A program made the position numbers and the translations under genes. Of a stretch of 64,000 nt of DNA, positions 54,526 through 64,000 are shown in pieces. The stretch covers positions 31,444 through 95,443 of the forward strand of contig NZ_CBFHOP010000007.1 in assembly GCF_965657535.1 (NCBI RefSeq), read 5' to 3'. The notes below the pieces were generated by a model. It saw only the letters and a list, made by a program, of their open reading frames with translations. It was not told the origin of the DNA and did no database searches. Positions within the stretch are counted from its first letter, which is position 1, and every line of letters begins with the position of its first letter. This DNA comes from Hydrogenophaga sp. (GTDB lineage Bacteria > Pseudomonadota > Gammaproteobacteria > Burkholderiales > Burkholderiaceae_C).

Positions 54526-55281
54526 TCACCAAGGCACCTCCACCCCCCGGTGGTCAAAAAACCCGCCCGAGCTGCCCGGCGGCAAGCCGTCCAGCACGCC
54601 CAGCAGCTCGACCGCCGCCACGTCCGGCGGGCGCACCTGCAGCCCGGACTTGGCAAAGGGTTGAGACAGCGCCGTGTCCACCGTGCCCGGGTGCAGCGCC
54701 ACGCACAGCGCGTCTCGGTTGCGCCGCGCCAGTTCAATGGCCGCCGTGTGCACCAGCTGATTGAGCGCGGCTTTGGATGCTCGGTAGGCATACCAGCCGC
54801 CCAGCGCGTTGTCGCCAATGCTGCCCACCCGCGCCGACAAAAACGCCGCCACACAGCGCCCCTGGCGCGGCAGCAACGGCAAAAAGTGTTTCATCACCAG
54901 CGCCGGTCCGATGGCGTTGACGGCAAAGCTGTGCGCCAGGGCGTCGGCGTTCAGGTGCTGCCACGAACGCTCGGGCTCGGCGCGCTGGCCGCTGGCGGTG
55001 GTGCCGTGCAAAAACCCGGTGGCCACGACCAGCCGGGTGAGCGCCAAACCGGTTGGGCTCAGCTGCGCCGCCACATGCTGCGCACAAGCAGCCACCGTGG
55101 CCTCGGCGGCGTAGTCCAGCGCAGGCTGGGTTTGCCGCCCCAAGGCCAGCACCGTGCTGCCCTGCGCGCGCAGCTGCGCCACCAGGGCCGCACCAATGCC
55201 GCCGGTGCCTCCCAGCACCACACTCAGGCCGGGTTGTGGGGTCGCCTGATCGGTGGGCGCGGAGGCAGGGGTCGGGTTCAT
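54526..55281 (-). CDS. SDR-family oxidoreductase
   Basis: VVLGGTGGIGAALVAQL (cofactor motif) and YRASKAALN (catalytic YxxxK). Confidence 0.85.
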   Translation of the reverse strand: MNPTPASAPTDQATPQPGLSVVLGGTGGIGAALVAQLRAQGSTVLALGRQTQPALDYAAEATVAACAQHVAAQLSPTGLALTRLVVATGFLHGTTASGQRAEPERSWQHLNADALAHSFAVNAIGPALVMKHFLPLLPRQGRCVAAFLSARVGSIGDNALGGWYAYRASKAALNQLVHTAAIELARRNRDALCVALHPGTVDTALSQPFAKSGLQVRPPDVAAVELLGVLDGLPPGSSGGFFDHRGVEVPW

Positions 55282-55442
55282 GGGCGCATTATGGGCAGAC
55301 AGCGTCAGCGCGCGTTGGCCCGCACACCCAAGGCCCCTGCCGACAGCCGGCCATGACAGGCCTCAATGCAGCGGCACCGATGGCCGCTTAACATGAAGCC
55401 CCTCACCGGTTGCCGTGAGGCCTGTTTTGCCAAGGATTTGAG

Positions 55443-56849
55443 ATGAGCACGTTTGACTTCGACCTCTTTGTGATTGGCGGCGGCAGCGGTGGCGTGCGCG
55501 CTGCCCGCATGGCTGCCCAGCGCGGCGCCCGCGTGGCCCTGGCCGAGACCCTGGGGCAAGACGGCCTGGGCGGCACCTGTGTGAACGTGGGCTGCATCCC
55601 GAAAAAGCTCTACAGCTACGCAGCGCACTACCACGATGGCTTTGAAGAAGCACGCGGCTATGGCTGGGAACAAGACAGCGCACCGCGCCTGAACTGGTCC
55701 ACCCTCAAAGCCAACCGCGCCAAAGAGATCAGCCGCCTCAACGGGGTTTACGGCAACTTGCTGCGCGGCTCGGGCGTGACCGTGTTCAACGGCTTTGCCC
55801 GCATTGACGGCGAGCACGCCATCACACTGGCCACGCTGCACGCCGACGGCAGCCCCGGCCACCAGCATTTCACCGCCAAAAACATCCTGATTGCCACCGG
55901 CGGCACGCCGCATGTGCCGCACTTTGTAGGGCGCGAACACGTCATCACCTCCAACGAGATTTTTGACCTGGAGCCTTTCCCGCAGCGCCTGCTGGTGGTG
56001 GGCGGCGGCTACATTGCCTGCGAATTTGCGTCCATCTTCAACGGCCTGGGCGCCCAGGTAACACAGCTGTACCGGGGCGAACAGATATTGCGCGGTTTTG
56101 ACGACGAGATTCGCCACTTCGTGGCCGCGGAAATGCTGAAGTCGGGCGTGGACCTGCGTCTGAACGCCGGCGTGGTGGACATCCAGAAGACGGACGAAGG
56201 CCTGCGTGTGGAGCTGGAAGACGGCAACGTGGTGATGGCCGACGCGGTGCTGTATGCCACCGGCCGCGTGCCCAACGTGCAAGGCCTTGGGCTGGACACC
56301 GTGGGCGTGGCCCAAGGCGGCCAAAACGAGGTACTGGTGAACGCGTACTACCAGACCAATGTGCCCAGCATCTACGCCGTGGGCGACGTGACCAACCGCG
56401 TGCAGCTCACCCCGGTGGCGCTGGGCGAAGCCATGGTGGTGGTGGACCAGCTGTTTGGCCCCGCTGCAGGCAAGCCCCCGCGCGACATGAGCTACGACTT
56501 CATCCCCACCGCCGTGTTCACCCACCCCAACATCGGCACCGTGGGTTTCAGCGAAGCCGCAGCGCGTGAACAGTTTGGCCAGGTCACCATCTTCCGCAGC
56601 GAGTTCAAGGCGCTCAAGCACACGCTCTCGGGCAGCAGCGAGCGCACGCTCATGAAGCTGGTGGTGGACACCGCGACCGACCGCGTGGTGGGCCTGCACA
56701 TGGTAGGCGCCGATGCGGGCGAAATCGTGCAGGGCTTCGCCGTGGCCCTGAAAGCCGGCGCCACCAAGGCCGTGTTTGACAGCACCATCGGCATCCACCC
56801 CACCGCGGCCGAAGAGTTTGTAACGATGCGCGAACCGACCCGGAACTAA
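55443..56849 (+). CDS. gor: Glutathione-disulfide reductase
   Basis: FDLFVIGGGSGGVRAAR, the redox-active GGTCVNVGCIPKK, a second Rossmann motif LVVGGGYIACEFA, and the dimerisation-domain HPTAAEEF. Confidence 0.9.
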   Translation: MSTFDFDLFVIGGGSGGVRAARMAAQRGARVALAETLGQDGLGGTCVNVGCIPKKLYSYAAHYHDGFEEARGYGWEQDSAPRLNWSTLKANRAKEISRLNGVYGNLLRGSGVTVFNGFARIDGEHAITLATLHADGSPGHQHFTAKNILIATGGTPHVPHFVGREHVITSNEIFDLEPFPQRLLVVGGGYIACEFASIFNGLGAQVTQLYRGEQILRGFDDEIRHFVAAEMLKSGVDLRLNAGVVDIQKTDEGLRVELEDGNVVMADAVLYATGRVPNVQGLGLDTVGVAQGGQNEVLVNAYYQTNVPSIYAVGDVTNRVQLTPVALGEAMVVVDQLFGPAAGKPPRDMSYDFIPTAVFTHPNIGTVGFSEAAAREQFGQVTIFRSEFKALKHTLSGSSERTLMKLVVDTATDRVVGLHMVGADAGEIVQGFAVALKAGATKAVFDSTIGIHPTAAEEFVTMREPTRN

Positions 56850-58123
56850 GCGCGCGCCAGCCAGTAAATGCCGGCTGCGCCCAACGCCATGTGCCCCCAC
56901 AGGCCGGGCGCCAGCCAGGCCAGGTAGCGCCAGCCGCCAGCAAGCCCGGCAGACACGCTTTTGCCTCCGGCGTGCGCCAGCAGCGCCAGCACCACCGCCC
57001 ACACTGCGGCACCACCCGGCAGCGGCTCGCCCGACGCGAACACCGCCGCCACCGCAGCGTGCAGGTCGGCCAGCGACGCCAGGGCCGAGCCCAACAACAG
57101 CCCTGTCGAGCCCAGCCAAAGCGTCAGCGCGTACACGCCGGCCTGGATGCCACTGAGCAACGCGGCCACGCCTGCCGCTGCCCAGAGGCTGAACAGGCGG
57201 TCTTCGTCTGGCTCTGTCAGGACGTCGGCGGCACGGGGCGCGCCATGCACCATCCACCCGCCCCAGGCCAGCGCCAACACAGCGGCGGCCAGCGATGGCA
57301 GCCACAAAACCGGCAGCCAGGCCGGTTGCACCGCAGCGGCCACCAGCAGCACCTGCAGCTGGGTGGACACACAAGACAGCAGGCCACCACCGGCCAGCAA
57401 CCGCACGTCGGCAGGTCGCTCGCGCACCGCCAGTCCCAGCGTGGCAATGGTGGCCGTGCTGGAAACAAAGCCCGAAGCGAGCGCCGAAAACGCCACCGCG
57501 TGCCGCGCCTGCAGCAAGCGGCGGCTCAGGTGGGCCAGCGACTGCACACCCAGCAGCAAGGCCACCAGCTGCACTATTCCCTGCGGGTTGAGCACCGGCC
57601 CCCACAGCGGCCGGTTGGGCACCAGCGGCAGCGCCATCAGCACCAGCGCCGCCAGGATGATGCCGTCGCGCACCTCGCCCGGGCTGAGCCACTGGCTGGC
57701 AAAGTGGTGCAGCCGCTGGCGGCCCGCCAGCAAACCCGTCAGGCCCACCGCCGTGGCCGCCGCCAGCGGCAGGCTCCAAGCGCAAAGCACCCCGATCAGG
57801 TAGGTCAGCAGCAGCGCCACTTCGGTGGTCGCGCCGGGGTCGTCCGAGCGGTCGCGCCAGTAGGCCATGGCCGCCAGAGCTGCCACCAGCGCCGCACCCG
57901 TCACCACCAGCCCGGCCAGCTGGGTGAGCGCGGCCAGGGCGCCGACCACACAGGTCAGCGCAAAGGTGCGCAAACCGGCAAACGCTCGGTGGGGACCGCT
58001 GCCCTTGCGCCGTTCCCGCTCAACGCCGATCAGCAAACCGCAGCCCAGCGCCGCGGCCAGCACGGCCACCGCACCGGCCGGATCGGCGGGCAAGCCCATG
58101 GCGGCGGTTTCGGAATTGAACAT
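56846..58123 (-). CDS. MgtC/SapB-family plus DUF4010 integral membrane protein
   Basis: LGCGLLIGVERERRKG...AGLRTFAL is the MgtC-type N-terminus, followed by ~10 further TM helices. Its stop overlaps the gor stop (convergent, 4 nt). Confidence 0.8.
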   Translation of the reverse strand: MFNSETAAMGLPADPAGAVAVLAAALGCGLLIGVERERRKGSGPHRAFAGLRTFALTCVVGALAALTQLAGLVVTGAALVAALAAMAYWRDRSDDPGATTEVALLLTYLIGVLCAWSLPLAAATAVGLTGLLAGRQRLHHFASQWLSPGEVRDGIILAALVLMALPLVPNRPLWGPVLNPQGIVQLVALLLGVQSLAHLSRRLLQARHAVAFSALASGFVSSTATIATLGLAVRERPADVRLLAGGGLLSCVSTQLQVLLVAAAVQPAWLPVLWLPSLAAAVLALAWGGWMVHGAPRAADVLTEPDEDRLFSLWAAAGVAALLSGIQAGVYALTLWLGSTGLLLGSALASLADLHAAVAAVFASGEPLPGGAAVWAVVLALLAHAGGKSVSAGLAGGWRYLAWLAPGLWGHMALGAAGIYWLARA

Positions 58124-58187
58124 CGGGTTGTGGGCCGTTGCGGGCGCTCATAGGCGGGTTGTCATGTGGCGGCGCCACAATAGCGCC

Positions 58188-59684
58188 ATGCACAAGACCC
58201 CCGACTTTACCGCCCCGGTTTTCTTTCGCGAACCCGCCGCTGCGCTCGCGCAGGTGCAACGCATCTACCGTGACAACGTCGAATTTCTGCGCAGTGCCAT
58301 GCGCGGCTTTGTGGCGGGAGAAGATTTCAGCAGTGCGCGCGTGCGCGCCTGCTACCCGTTTGTGCGGCTGCACACCCACAGCGTGTCGCACCAGGGCACG
58401 GGGCCACAGAGTCGCCTGAGCTACGGTTTTGTGGCTGGCCCTGGCCGGTTTGAAACCACCCTCACCCGGCCCGACCTGTACGCCCACTACCTGCTCAGGC
58501 AGTTTGAACTGCTGCTGGCCAACCACGGGGGCGAGCTTGAAGTGGGCACCAGCACCCAGCCCATTCCCATTCACTTCTCGTTTGCCGAACACGACCATGT
58601 GGAAGGCAGCCTGAGCGCGCAGCGCCGCGCCCTCATGCGCGACGTGTTTGACCTGCCCGACCTGGCCGCCATGGACGACGGCATTGCCAACGGCACGCAC
58701 GAGCCGCGCCCCGGTGAGGCCCAGCCGCTGGCCCTGTTCACCGCGCCGCGGGTCGACTATTCGTTGCAGCGCCTGCGCCACTACACCGGCACCGCGCCCG
58801 AGTGGTTTCAAAATTTCGTGCTGTTCACCAACTACCAGTTCTACATCGACGAGTTCATCCGCCTCGGCCATGCCGAGATGGCCAAGCCCGACAGCGAGTA
58901 CATCGCCTTCGTGGAGCCCGGCAACGTGGTGACACGCCGCGTCGATCTGCCCCAGGAAACAGGCGACGACCTGGGCGCCCCACCCCCACGCCTGCCGCAA
59001 ATGCCGGGCTACCACCTCATGCGCGCCGACCGCAGCGGCATCACCATGGTCAACATCGGCGTGGGCCCGGCCAACGCCAAAACCATCACCGACCACATCG
59101 CCGTGCTGCGCCCGCACGCCTGGCTCATGCTTGGCCACTGCGCCGGCCTGCGCAACAGCCAGCAACTGGGCGACTACGTGCTGGCCCACGCCTACGTGCG
59201 CGAAGACCATGTGCTCGACGAAGAACTGCCGCTGTGGGTGCCCATTCCGGCGCTGGCCGAAATCCAGGTGGCGCTGGAAGCCGCCGTGGCCGACGTCACC
59301 GGCGTGGCCTCCGCCGAACTCAAGCGCATCATGCGCACCGGCACCGTGGCCAGCACCGACAACCGCAACTGGGAACTGCTGCCCGACAACAAGCCCCAGC
59401 GCCGCTTCAGCCAGAGCCGCGCCGTGGCGCTCGACATGGAAAGCGCCACCATCGCCGCCAACGGCTTCCGGTTTCGCGTGCCCTACGGCACCCTGCTGTG
59501 CGTGAGCGACAAACCGCTGCACGGCGAGATCAAGCTGCCCGGCATGGCCAACCACTTCTACCGCGAGCGGGTGGACCAGCACCTGCGCATCGGCATCCGC
59601 GCCGTGGAACTGCTGCGCCAAGGCGGCGTGGGCCAGTTGCACAGCCGCAAGCTGCGCAGCTTTGCCGAAGTCGCGTTTCAATAA
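58188..59684 (+). CDS. amn: AMP nucleosidase
   Basis: 498 aa. The N-terminal regulatory domain (YPFVRLHT...) and C-terminal PNP/UDP phosphorylase-like domain (ITMVNIGVGPANAKTITDH, LMLGHCAGL, VALDMESATIAA) match Amn. Start at ATG 58188. Confidence 0.88.
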   Translation: MHKTPDFTAPVFFREPAAALAQVQRIYRDNVEFLRSAMRGFVAGEDFSSARVRACYPFVRLHTHSVSHQGTGPQSRLSYGFVAGPGRFETTLTRPDLYAHYLLRQFELLLANHGGELEVGTSTQPIPIHFSFAEHDHVEGSLSAQRRALMRDVFDLPDLAAMDDGIANGTHEPRPGEAQPLALFTAPRVDYSLQRLRHYTGTAPEWFQNFVLFTNYQFYIDEFIRLGHAEMAKPDSEYIAFVEPGNVVTRRVDLPQETGDDLGAPPPRLPQMPGYHLMRADRSGITMVNIGVGPANAKTITDHIAVLRPHAWLMLGHCAGLRNSQQLGDYVLAHAYVREDHVLDEELPLWVPIPALAEIQVALEAAVADVTGVASAELKRIMRTGTVASTDNRNWELLPDNKPQRRFSQSRAVALDMESATIAANGFRFRVPYGTLLCVSDKPLHGEIKLPGMANHFYRERVDQHLRIGIRAVELLRQGGVGQLHSRKLRSFAEVAFQ

Positions 59685-59705
59685 GCCCCGCAAGGCAGAA
59701 GACCC

Positions 59706-60830
59706 ATGAACGACATTGCGCTGCGACTTCAGCAGGACACAGGCCTGGAGCTTTGGCTCGTCACGTTGCTGGCCATTGGCTTCTTGACGCTGCTGGCCAA
59801 CCAGGCCGTGCGCCTGTTGCTCAGGCACGCCGCCCGCTGGACCCAGCACACCGCCAACCACTGGGACGAAGCGCTGCTGACCGCCGCCAGCAAACCGCTG
59901 CGGCTGATTTTGTGGCTCATCAGCCTGGGCTGGATGGCCCGGGTGCTCAACACCCAATGGCCCAACCCCGAGCTGCTGGCCGACGCACTGCAATGGCGCA
60001 ACATCGGCATCGTGGTCTGCGTGGCCTGGATGCTCTGGCATTTTGTGGGCGAGGTCACGCAAACCAGCATCCAGCGCGGCACCCGAGACGGTGGCGACTT
60101 CGACGTCACCACCGCCACCGCCCTGAGCAAGCTGGTGCGGCTGGTGGTGTTTGTGGTCACGGTCATGACCATCGCCCACACGCTGGGCTTTCAGATCGGC
60201 GGCCTGCTGGCCCTGGGCGGTGTGGGCGGTATTGCCGTGGGCCTGGCCGCACGCGATCTGCTGGCCAATTTCTTCGGCGGCCTCACCATCTACCTCGACC
60301 GCCCGTTCAGCGTGGGCGACTGGATTCGCTCGCCCGACAAGAGCCTGGAAGGCACGGTGGAATACATCAGCTGGCGCCACACCCGCATCCGCGCCTTCAA
60401 CAAAAACCCCATTTACGTGCCCAACGCCGTGTTCACCACCATCGTGGTGGAAAACCCCTCGCGCATGAGCCACCGCCGCCTGAAAGAAACCCTGGGCCTG
60501 CGCTACGACGACTTCGCGCAGGTGGAAGGCGTGGTGGCCGATATCAAGGCCATGCTGCTCGCCCACGAGGGTATCGACACCACGCAAACGCTGATCGTGA
60601 ACTTCAACGGCTTCGGCGCCAGCTCGCTCGACATCATGATCTACGGCTTCACCAAGACCACCGTCTGGGTCGAATTCCACGCCATCAAGCAAGACGTGCT
60701 GCTGCGCATCGGCCACATCGTGGCGGCACACGGCGCTGAAATTGCTTTTCCCACCCAGACGCTGCACCTGGCTGGAAGCGCAGCAGACCCTCGGCCCGAT
60801 GCCGAGGCCCCACCGCGTGCAACCCCTTGA
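59706..60830 (+). CDS. Small-conductance mechanosensitive channel family protein (MscS)
   Basis: N-terminal TM helices, then GGIAVGLAARDLLANFFGGLTIYLDRPFSVGDWI...GTVEYISWRHTRIR..N..IYVPNA are MscS pore and beta-domain blocks. Confidence 0.85.
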   Translation: MNDIALRLQQDTGLELWLVTLLAIGFLTLLANQAVRLLLRHAARWTQHTANHWDEALLTAASKPLRLILWLISLGWMARVLNTQWPNPELLADALQWRNIGIVVCVAWMLWHFVGEVTQTSIQRGTRDGGDFDVTTATALSKLVRLVVFVVTVMTIAHTLGFQIGGLLALGGVGGIAVGLAARDLLANFFGGLTIYLDRPFSVGDWIRSPDKSLEGTVEYISWRHTRIRAFNKNPIYVPNAVFTTIVVENPSRMSHRRLKETLGLRYDDFAQVEGVVADIKAMLLAHEGIDTTQTLIVNFNGFGASSLDIMIYGFTKTTVWVEFHAIKQDVLLRIGHIVAAHGAEIAFPTQTLHLAGSAADPRPDAEAPPRATP

Positions 60831-60949
60831 AGACGGCTACCGCCCTGGCGGCTTGACGCCCCCGGTGCTTTACCGGAACTTCACCCCACGCTCACGCTCT
60901 GTTGTGTGCGCTTGCGCACAATGGAGGCGCTGCATACAACGTATGCTGA

Positions 60950-62464
60950 ATGAACAACATGAACTCCCTATTGACTCCCCCCTCACAGAACCGGCGGCCG
61001 GGCCTGGCTGTGGCCCTGCTGGCTGGTGTGCTGCTGTCGGGCTGCGCCAGCCTGGCGCGGCCCGACGCGGCCTTGCCTGAAACCCCCACGCCCGCCGCGT
61101 GGTCTGGCGCGGCCACGCCAGCGGCTCCGGGGCAAGCCGCCACCGATCTGGCGCTCTGGTGGCAGCGCTTCAACGACCCCACACTCACCACGCTGGTGAC
61201 CGAAGCCCTGCAAGCCAACACCACCGCGCGCAGCGCGCAGGCGGCGCTGCTGCAAGCGCGTGCGCAGCGCGATGTGCAGCAAGCGGGCATGGGGCCTTCG
61301 GTGGGGGCCTCGGGCTCGGCGCGGCGCGGCAAGTCGGGTGGCAACGACGCCACCAACAGCTTTCAGGCCGGGTTTGACGCCAGCTGGGAGCCCGATGTGT
61401 TTGGCGGCAACCGCGCCGCGCTGAGCGCGAGCGAGGCCGAGGTGCAAGCGTCTGCCGCGAGCCTGGCCAACGTGCAGGTGTCGTTGGCGGCCGAGGTGGC
61501 GGTGACCACCATTGAACTGCGCAGCCTGCAGACGCGGCTGGCCATTGCCCGCCGCAACCTGGCGGCGCAAACCGAAACGCTGCAAATCACGCGCTGGCGC
61601 GGCCAGGCGGGCCTGGTGTCGTCGCTGGACGTGGAACAGGCCGTGGCCGCCAGTGAACAAACGGCGGCGCAAATTCCGGCGCTGCAAACCAGCATCACCC
61701 AGGCGCTGAACAGCCTGGCGGTGTTGACCGGCCAGGCTCCGGGCGCACTGCAAGGCCGGCTGGCCACCGCCGCCCCGGTGCCGCAAGCGCCGACCGAGCT
61801 GGCCCTGGCCCTGCCGGCCGAAACGCTGCGCCAGCGGCCCGATGTGCGCACCGCCGAGTACCGCGTGAGCGCCGCCCTGGCGCGCGTGGCGCAGGCCGAC
61901 GCGGCGCGCTACCCCAGCTTTCGGCTCAGCGGCTCGCTGGGCCTGAGCGCGCTCACGCTGGGTGCGCTGACCAACGGCGCGTCGGTGGCCAACTCGTTGC
62001 TGGCCAGCGTGTCGGTGCCGCTGTTTGACGGTGGCGCGGCCCGCGCCCAGGTGCGCTCGCAAGAGGCTGCACTGGAGCAGGCCCGCCTGGGCTACCAGAC
62101 CACGGTGCTGACCGCGCTGAAAGACGTGGAAGACGCGCTGGTTTCGCTGCAAGGCAACCGCGAGCGCCTGGCCCGGCTGCAGGCCGCCAGCGCAGCGGCG
62201 GTCAACGCCGAGCTGCTGGCGCGCCAGCGCTACGAAAGCGGGCTGATCGACTTCCGCGCCGTGCTGGACACCCAGCGCACGCTGCTGTCCACCCAGGACA
62301 GCGTGGCCAGCACCCAGGCCACCCTGAGCGCCGACATGGTGCGCCTGTACAAGGCCCTGGGCGGCGGCTGGGCCGGCCCCGCCAAGGCCGATCGCGCAGC
62401 CGATGCGAGCCCTTCTGACGGTCTCACCACCAGCCCCATGGCCCGCCCTGCCGCCAGCCGCTGA
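60950..62464 (+). CDS. Efflux outer-membrane lipoprotein (NodT/OprM family)
   Basis: Lipobox LLSGCAS, WWQRFNDPTL, and two TolC-like repeats (LDVEQA.., YPSFRLSGSLG, LYKALGGGW). Confidence 0.88.
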   Translation: MNNMNSLLTPPSQNRRPGLAVALLAGVLLSGCASLARPDAALPETPTPAAWSGAATPAAPGQAATDLALWWQRFNDPTLTTLVTEALQANTTARSAQAALLQARAQRDVQQAGMGPSVGASGSARRGKSGGNDATNSFQAGFDASWEPDVFGGNRAALSASEAEVQASAASLANVQVSLAAEVAVTTIELRSLQTRLAIARRNLAAQTETLQITRWRGQAGLVSSLDVEQAVAASEQTAAQIPALQTSITQALNSLAVLTGQAPGALQGRLATAAPVPQAPTELALALPAETLRQRPDVRTAEYRVSAALARVAQADAARYPSFRLSGSLGLSALTLGALTNGASVANSLLASVSVPLFDGGAARAQVRSQEAALEQARLGYQTTVLTALKDVEDALVSLQGNRERLARLQAASAAAVNAELLARQRYESGLIDFRAVLDTQRTLLSTQDSVASTQATLSADMVRLYKALGGGWAGPAKADRAADASPSDGLTTSPMARPAASR

Positions 62465-62488
62465 GTCCGCCCAACCCCACACCGTTTC

Positions 62489-63829
62489 TTGCCCATGACC
62501 ACCCCGAACACTCCCACCCCGGCGGCTCCGAACAAAGCGGCGGCCAACCTCAACACCTTGCTGGGCGACGACAAGCCAGCGCCATGGTGGCAACGCCCGT
62601 CGCTCTGGCTGGGCGTGGCTGCCGTGCTGGTGGCGGCGGGTGGCATCTACTACTGGCAGGCGCAAAAGCAGACCAGCGCCGCACCGGTCTACGTGACCGA
62701 AGCCCTGCGCAAGGGCAACCTCACGCTCACCGTGTCGGCCAACGGCACGCTGCAGCCCACGCGTGCGGTGAACATTGGCAGCGAACTGTCGGGCACGGTC
62801 AAGCGCGTGCTGGTGGACGTCAACGACCGCGTGAAAACCGGCCAGGTGCTGGTGGAGCTGGACACCGCCAAGCTCAACGACCAGGTGCTGCGCTCTAGCG
62901 CGGCGCTGGCGGCGTCGCAGGCCCAGCTGGCCCAGGCCCAGGCCACGGTGAAAGAAGCCCAGTCCAACCTGGCGCGTTTTGAAGAGGTGGCGCGCCTCTC
63001 AGGCGGCAAGGTGCCGTCGGCTGCCGAGCTGGACACCGCCCGCGCTGCCGTGGAACGCGCCGTGGCCTCTGAGGCCAGCGCACGCGCCAACGTGGCCAGC
63101 GCGCGCGCCACGCTCGCCACCGACGAAACCAACCGGTCCAAAGCCTCGATCCGCTCGCCGATTGACGGCGTGGTGCTCTCGCGCTCGGTGGACCCGGGCA
63201 ACGCCGTGGCGGCTTCGCTGCAGGCCGTCACGCTGTTTTCGGTGGCCGAAAACCTGTCGCAACTGCGGCTGGACGTGAACGTGGACGAGGCCGACGTAGG
63301 CTCAGTGAAAACCGGCCAGAAAGCCAGCTTCACCGTGAGCGCCTACCCGTCGCGGCGCTACCCGGCCACCATCAACCGCGTGGCTTTTGGCTCCACCAAG
63401 ACCGACAACGTGGTGACCTACGTGACCACGCTCGACGTGGACAACACCGACCTGAGCCTGCGTCCGGGCATGACGGCAGCGGCCACCATCGTGGCCGTCG
63501 AACGCAATGGGGTGCTGCTGGTGCCCAACACGGCGCTGCGCTTCTCGCCCACCACCACCACGGACAACGGCGCCGCGGCGGCGCCGAGCAGCAGCATCTT
63601 GTCCAAAATGATGCCGCGCATGCCCCGCAGCACCACCCCGCGCAGGGCCACCGAAACCAACGGCGGCGCGCCGGGCCTGCGGCAGATCTGGGTGCTCAAA
63701 GACGGCCAGGCCGTGGCGCAGGCCGTGAAGACCGGCATCAGCGATGGCCGCAACACCGAGGTGAGCGGCGAGGGCTTGAGCGAAGGCATGGCCATCATCA
63801 CCGACCAGCGCAATGGAGTCAGGCCATGA
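62489..63829 (+). CDS. macA: Efflux periplasmic adaptor (HlyD/MacA-like membrane fusion protein)
   Basis: N-terminal TM helix, [19 protein letters not shown] lipoyl motif, a long coiled coil ([21 protein letters not shown]...), IRSPIDGVV and [11 protein letters not shown], typical of MacA-type MFPs. Confidence 0.8.
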   Translation: MPMTTPNTPTPAAPNKAAANLNTLLGDDKPAPWWQRPSLWLGVAAVLVAAGGIYYWQAQKQTSAAPVYVTEALRKGNLTLTVSANGTLQPTRAVNIGSELSGTVKRVLVDVNDRVKTGQVLVELDTAKLNDQVLRSSAALAASQAQLAQAQATVKEAQSNLARFEEVARLSGGKVPSAAELDTARAAVERAVASEASARANVASARATLATDETNRSKASIRSPIDGVVLSRSVDPGNAVAASLQAVTLFSVAENLSQLRLDVNVDEADVGSVKTGQKASFTVSAYPSRRYPATINRVAFGSTKTDNVVTYVTTLDVDNTDLSLRPGMTAAATIVAVERNGVLLVPNTALRFSPTTTTDNGAAAAPSSSILSKMMPRMPRSTTPRRATETNGGAPGLRQIWVLKDGQAVAQAVKTGISDGRNTEVSGEGLSEGMAIITDQRNGVRP

Positions 63830-64000
63830 GCGATGCCGACCGACCCCTGATCCGGCTGCGCGGCGTCACCAAGGTGTACGGCGAAGGCAGCACCGCGTTT
63901 CAGGCGCTCAAAGGGGTGGACCTGGACATTCAGGCCGGTGACTTTGTGGCCATCATGGGCCCCAGCGGCTCGGGCAAATCCACCGCCATGAACACGCTGG
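63826..64000 (+). CDS. macB: MacB-type ABC transporter ATP-binding/permease protein, N-terminal fragment (continues past window end)
   Basis: [46 protein letters not shown] is the Walker A region of MacB/LolD-type ATPases. The ATG overlaps the macA stop (ATGA). Confidence 0.85.
   Translation, partial: MSDADRPLIRLRGVTKVYGEGSTAFQALKGVDLDIQAGDFVAIMGPSGSGKSTAMNTL

Noticed and set aside
56846-56849. 4-nt convergent stop-codon overlap of gor and the MgtC-like gene as a regulatory feature
   Set aside because: This is a trivial consequence of compact gene packing, and there is no associated structure.
55305-57785. 826-aa minus-strand ORF
   Set aside because: It is antisense to gor, and it is out of frame with the MgtC/DUF4010 gene, whose frame gives coherent TM helices. 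Its composition is degenerate Gly/Ala/Arg.
57867-58187. 5' extension of the AMP nucleosidase ORF
   Set aside because: It overlaps the MgtC-like gene on the opposite strand and is Ala/Ser/Pro-rich. Amn homology starts at MHKTPDF (58188).
58020-60767. 915-aa minus-strand ORF
   Set aside because: It is antisense to amn and the MscS gene, both of which carry clear family signatures. It is a typical high-GC shadow ORF.
60983-62665. 560-aa minus-strand ORF
   Set aside because: It is antisense to the NodT-family lipoprotein gene and has shadow-ORF composition.
1-64000. rRNA, tRNA, transposase, integrase or prophage genes
   Set aside because: I found none. All intergenic gaps are under 300 nt and show no tRNA-like cloverleaf sequence. 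No protein carries DDE, tyrosine-recombinase or serine-recombinase signatures.

Overview
The window is 64 kb of a high-GC chromosome with strong G/C bias at third codon positions. Gene content and protein sequences look like a Burkholderiales/Comamonadaceae betaproteobacterium (inference only). I support about 56 protein-coding genes. I found no rRNA, tRNA, CRISPR array, transposase or integrase.

Gene order, left to right:
- a translationally coupled transport operon (Kef-type antiporter, tandem Usp, DASS permease, Na/Pi cotransporter)
- a Tim44-like protein, a short BLUF photoreceptor and a GST
- a PlpD-like patatin/Omp85 protein
- a long minus-strand beta-oxidation operon (TetR, acyl-CoA dehydrogenase, DUF2147, FadB-like, thiolase, thioesterase), interrupted by a DUF559 endonuclease gene embedded in palindromic repeats
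- slmA and argB
- a neutral-lipid/storage-lipid neighbourhood: two-domain fatty acyl-CoA reductase-like protein, PhaF-like phasin with a histone-like tail, patatin lipase and TetR; further on, a PHA-system protein, ACBP and WS/DGAT wax-ester synthase
- peptidases, a solute-binding protein, a molybdoenzyme and coaX
- a complete Lqs/Cqs-type alpha-hydroxyketone quorum-sensing cluster (sensor kinase, LqsR-like receiver protein, CqsA/LqsA-like synthase) next to a LuxR-family gene, in a visibly lower-GC patch
- a CsoR-family two-cysteine repressor with a persulfide dioxygenase-rhodanese fusion
- PPK2, IcmF, arginase, a GMC oxidoreductase, hbd, hemerythrin, gor, an MgtC-like protein, amn, MscS, and a NodT-MacA-MacB efflux operon that is cut at the window end

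The most interesting item is the uncharacterised betaproteobacterial alpha-hydroxyketone signalling cluster with its adjacent LuxR-type gene. Secondary items:
- a three-copy gene-3'-end repeat whose two-tier hairpin is kept by compensatory changes
- the repeat-embedded DUF559 gene inside the fad operon
- a 55-aa cysteine-rich ORF missing from the ORF track
- the FAR/phasin/patatin/WS-DGAT/ACBP lipid-body gene set

All family calls come from by-eye motif recognition. No database search was run.
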